The position numbers and the translations under genes are program-made. This document shows, piece by piece, positions 62,000 to 64,000 of a DNA stretch of 64,000 nt. This stretch comes from Octopus bimaculoides. Lineage: Eukaryota. Under the pieces are notes generated by a model. The model saw only the letters and a program-made list of their open reading frames with translations. It was not told the DNA's origin and did not search any database. Every line of letters starts with the position of its first letter. Positions within the stretch are counted from its first letter, which is position 1. The stretch covers positions 31,833,462 to 31,897,461 of the forward strand of contig NC_068988.1 in NCBI RefSeq assembly GCF_001194135.2, in the 5' to 3' direction.

Positions 62000-62176
62000 T
62001 CGTTAGCCACTACACATTCTTTATTTTCTCTCCTTGTTTATTTCTGTGATCCTTTCTGTGTGAGAGCGTAAGCTTGAAACGTTAAAGACTTTTTACTTCT
62101 CGAGCGTTAAACTAATACGTCTCTCTGTTGTCTACACCACCTGTCTTCGTCTTTTGTTTTTTGTGAATTGTCCCTA
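62000..62176 (+). mobile_element. Dispersed repeat, probably derived from a Penelope terminal repeat, copy 2
   Basis: Aligns with 35715-35938; hammerhead-like motif at 62052-62088. Confidence 0.65.
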
Positions 62177-63056
62177 TATATATATNNNNNNNNNNNNNNN
62201 NNNNNNNNNNNNNNNNNNNNNNNNNNNNNNNNNNNNNNNNNNNNNNNNNNNNNNNNNNNNNNNNNNNNNNNNNNNNNNNNNNNNNNNNNNNNNNNNNNNN
62301 NNNNNNNNNNNNNNNNNNNNNNNNNNNNNNNNNNNNNNNNNNNNNNNNNNNNNNNNNNNNNNNNNNNNNNNNNNNNNNNNNNNNNNNNNNNNNNNNNNNN
62401 NNNNNNNNNNNNNNNNNNNNNNNNNNNNNNNNNNNNNNNNNNNNNNNNNNNNNNNNNNNNNNNNNNNNNNNNNNNNNNNNNNNNNNNNNNNNNNNNNNNN
62501 NNNNNNNNNNNNNNNNNNNNNNNNNNNNNNNNNNNNNNNNNNNNNNNNNNNNNNNNNNNNNNNNNNNNNNNNNNNNNNNNNNNNNNNNNNNNNNNNNNNN
62601 NNNNNNNNNNNNNNNNNNNNNNNNNNNNNNNNNNNNNNNNNNNNNNNNNNNNNNNNNNNNNNNNNNNNNNNNNNNNNNNNNNNNNNNNNNNNNNNNNNNN
62701 NNNNNNNNNNNNNNNNNNNNNNNNNNNNNNNNNNNNNNNNNNNNNNNNNNNNNNNNNNNNNNNNNNNNNNNNNNNNNNNNNNNNNNNNNNNNNNNNNNNN
62801 NNNNNNNNNNNNNNNNNNNNNNNNNNNNNNNNNNNNNNNNNNNNNNNNNNNNNNNNNNNNNNNNNNNNNNNNNNNNNNNNNNNNNNNNNNNNNNNNNNNN
62901 NNNNNNNNNNNNNNNNNNNNNNNNNNNNNNNNNNNNNNNNNNNNNNNNNNNNNNNNNNNNNNNNNNNNNNNNNNNNNNNNNNNNNNNNNNNNNNNNNNNN
63001 NNNNNNNNNNNNNNNNNNNNNNNNNNNNNNNNNNNNNNNNNNNNNNNNNNNNNNNN

Positions 63057-63191
63057 GTGTGGGCGTGCGTGCTTCTGCGTGTGTATGAGTGTGCATGTGT
63101 GTGTGAGTGTGTGAATGTGTGAGTGAGTGTGCGTGTGCCTATTTCTGTGTGTGTGTGTGTGAGTGAGTGAGTGTGTGTGTGTGTGCGTGTG

Positions 63192-63228
<37 letters not shown>

Positions 63229-63240
63229 GTGTGTGTGCGT
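63057..63240. repeat. (TG)n-rich array
   Basis: Directly visible. Confidence 0.93.
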
Positions 63241-63651
63241 TTAGAAATGAATGACAGTATATCGAGAGTGACAAAAATCAAATCACGCAGTACTAATAAA
63301 ATTTTAAGTTCTCCACAATAGCAAGAAGCTTTATCTTTCTTTTCCTTTGAAATAATTTACACTTAAGTTCCTTCATCGATTTTTCATGTAAGGTATCTAT
63401 ATATTGTAATAAATAACTTTTTATCTTTACTAGATTCCCATATCTGGAACACATCACCATTATTAGTCAGAAACTCAATATAATAATTTATAAATGAGTG
63501 TTCTATATATTCTGTCTCTTATTTTTCACGCTAATCTTTCACCAGTTCTCTATCTGTATGTGTGTGTGTGTGTGTGTTTGTATGTGTGCATGTATGTGTA
63601 TATAGATGAACTCATAAAGGTTAAGCACACAAACATGTGTGAAGATATAAA

Positions 63652-63690
<39 letters not shown>

Positions 63691-63889
63691 NNNNNNNNNN
63701 NNNNNNNNNNNNNNNNNNNNNNNNNNNNNNNNNNNNNNNNNNNNNNNNNNNNNNNNNNNNNNNNNNNNNNNNNNNNNNNNNNNNNNNNNNNNNNNNNNNN
63801 NNNNNNNNNNNNNNNNNNNNNNNNNNNNNNNNNNNNNNNNNNNNNNNNNNNNNNNNNNNNNNNNNNNNNNNNNNNNNNNNNNNNNNNNA

Positions 63890-63938
<49 letters not shown>

Positions 63939-64000
63939 ATGTGTGTGTGTGTGTATGTATGTGTATGTGTGTGTGTGTGTGTGCATATGTGCGTGTGTAT

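Larger units (their letters stand above)
621..63888. other. 18 assembly gaps (N runs), about 5.7 kb in total
   Basis: Gaps at 621-944, 14070-14239, 15308-15668, 27572-27720, 32032-32269, 32835-32933, 34504-35081, 36031-36094, 42420-42429, 48978-49176, 50151-50729, 51346-51470, 53217-53913, 56636-56944, 57482-58015, 60062-60275, 62186-63056 and 63691-63888. Nearly all abut (TA)n. Confidence 0.98.

Noticed and set aside
597-63986. All long ORFs containing X runs or YI, HT, CV or poly-I tracts
   Set aside because: They are artefacts of N gaps and microsatellites, which lack stop codons.
1-64000. CRISPR array, rRNA, operon-like or viral genes
   Set aside because: No regularly spaced repeat-spacer array, rRNA motif or long intact ORF was seen; the DNA is clearly eukaryotic and repeat-rich.

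Overview
AT-rich, microsatellite-dense animal DNA with 18 assembly gaps (about 5.7 kb of N), almost all bordered by (TA)n. The repeat content suggests an octopus genome; this is an inference from the look of the SINEs and microsatellites, not a database match. I find no recognisable host protein-coding gene, rRNA, true tRNA or CRISPR array, so the window reads as intergenic DNA or a very large intron. The supportable features are transposon fossils and simple repeats: a near-full-length piggyBac, a near-full-length DD37D (maT) element plus a second maT fragment, mariner and pogo-like pieces, R4/Dong-clade LINE pieces, RTE LINE pieces, two types of Penelope-like element, and four tRNA-derived SINE families that I label A-D. 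The top candidate for new biology is a cluster of four perfect C/EBP-ATF4 elements (TGATGCAAT) followed by a TATA box just upstream of the piggyBac transposase ATG, which would be a stress-inducible transposon promoter. Also notable: decayed minimal hammerhead ribozymes in Penelope-type termini, possible microsatellite targeting by R4/Dong LINEs, three dsRNA-forming inverted structures including a 297-bp foldback, and an exact CTCF core motif. All translations and alignments were done by eye; element boundaries are approximate unless a junction sequence is quoted.
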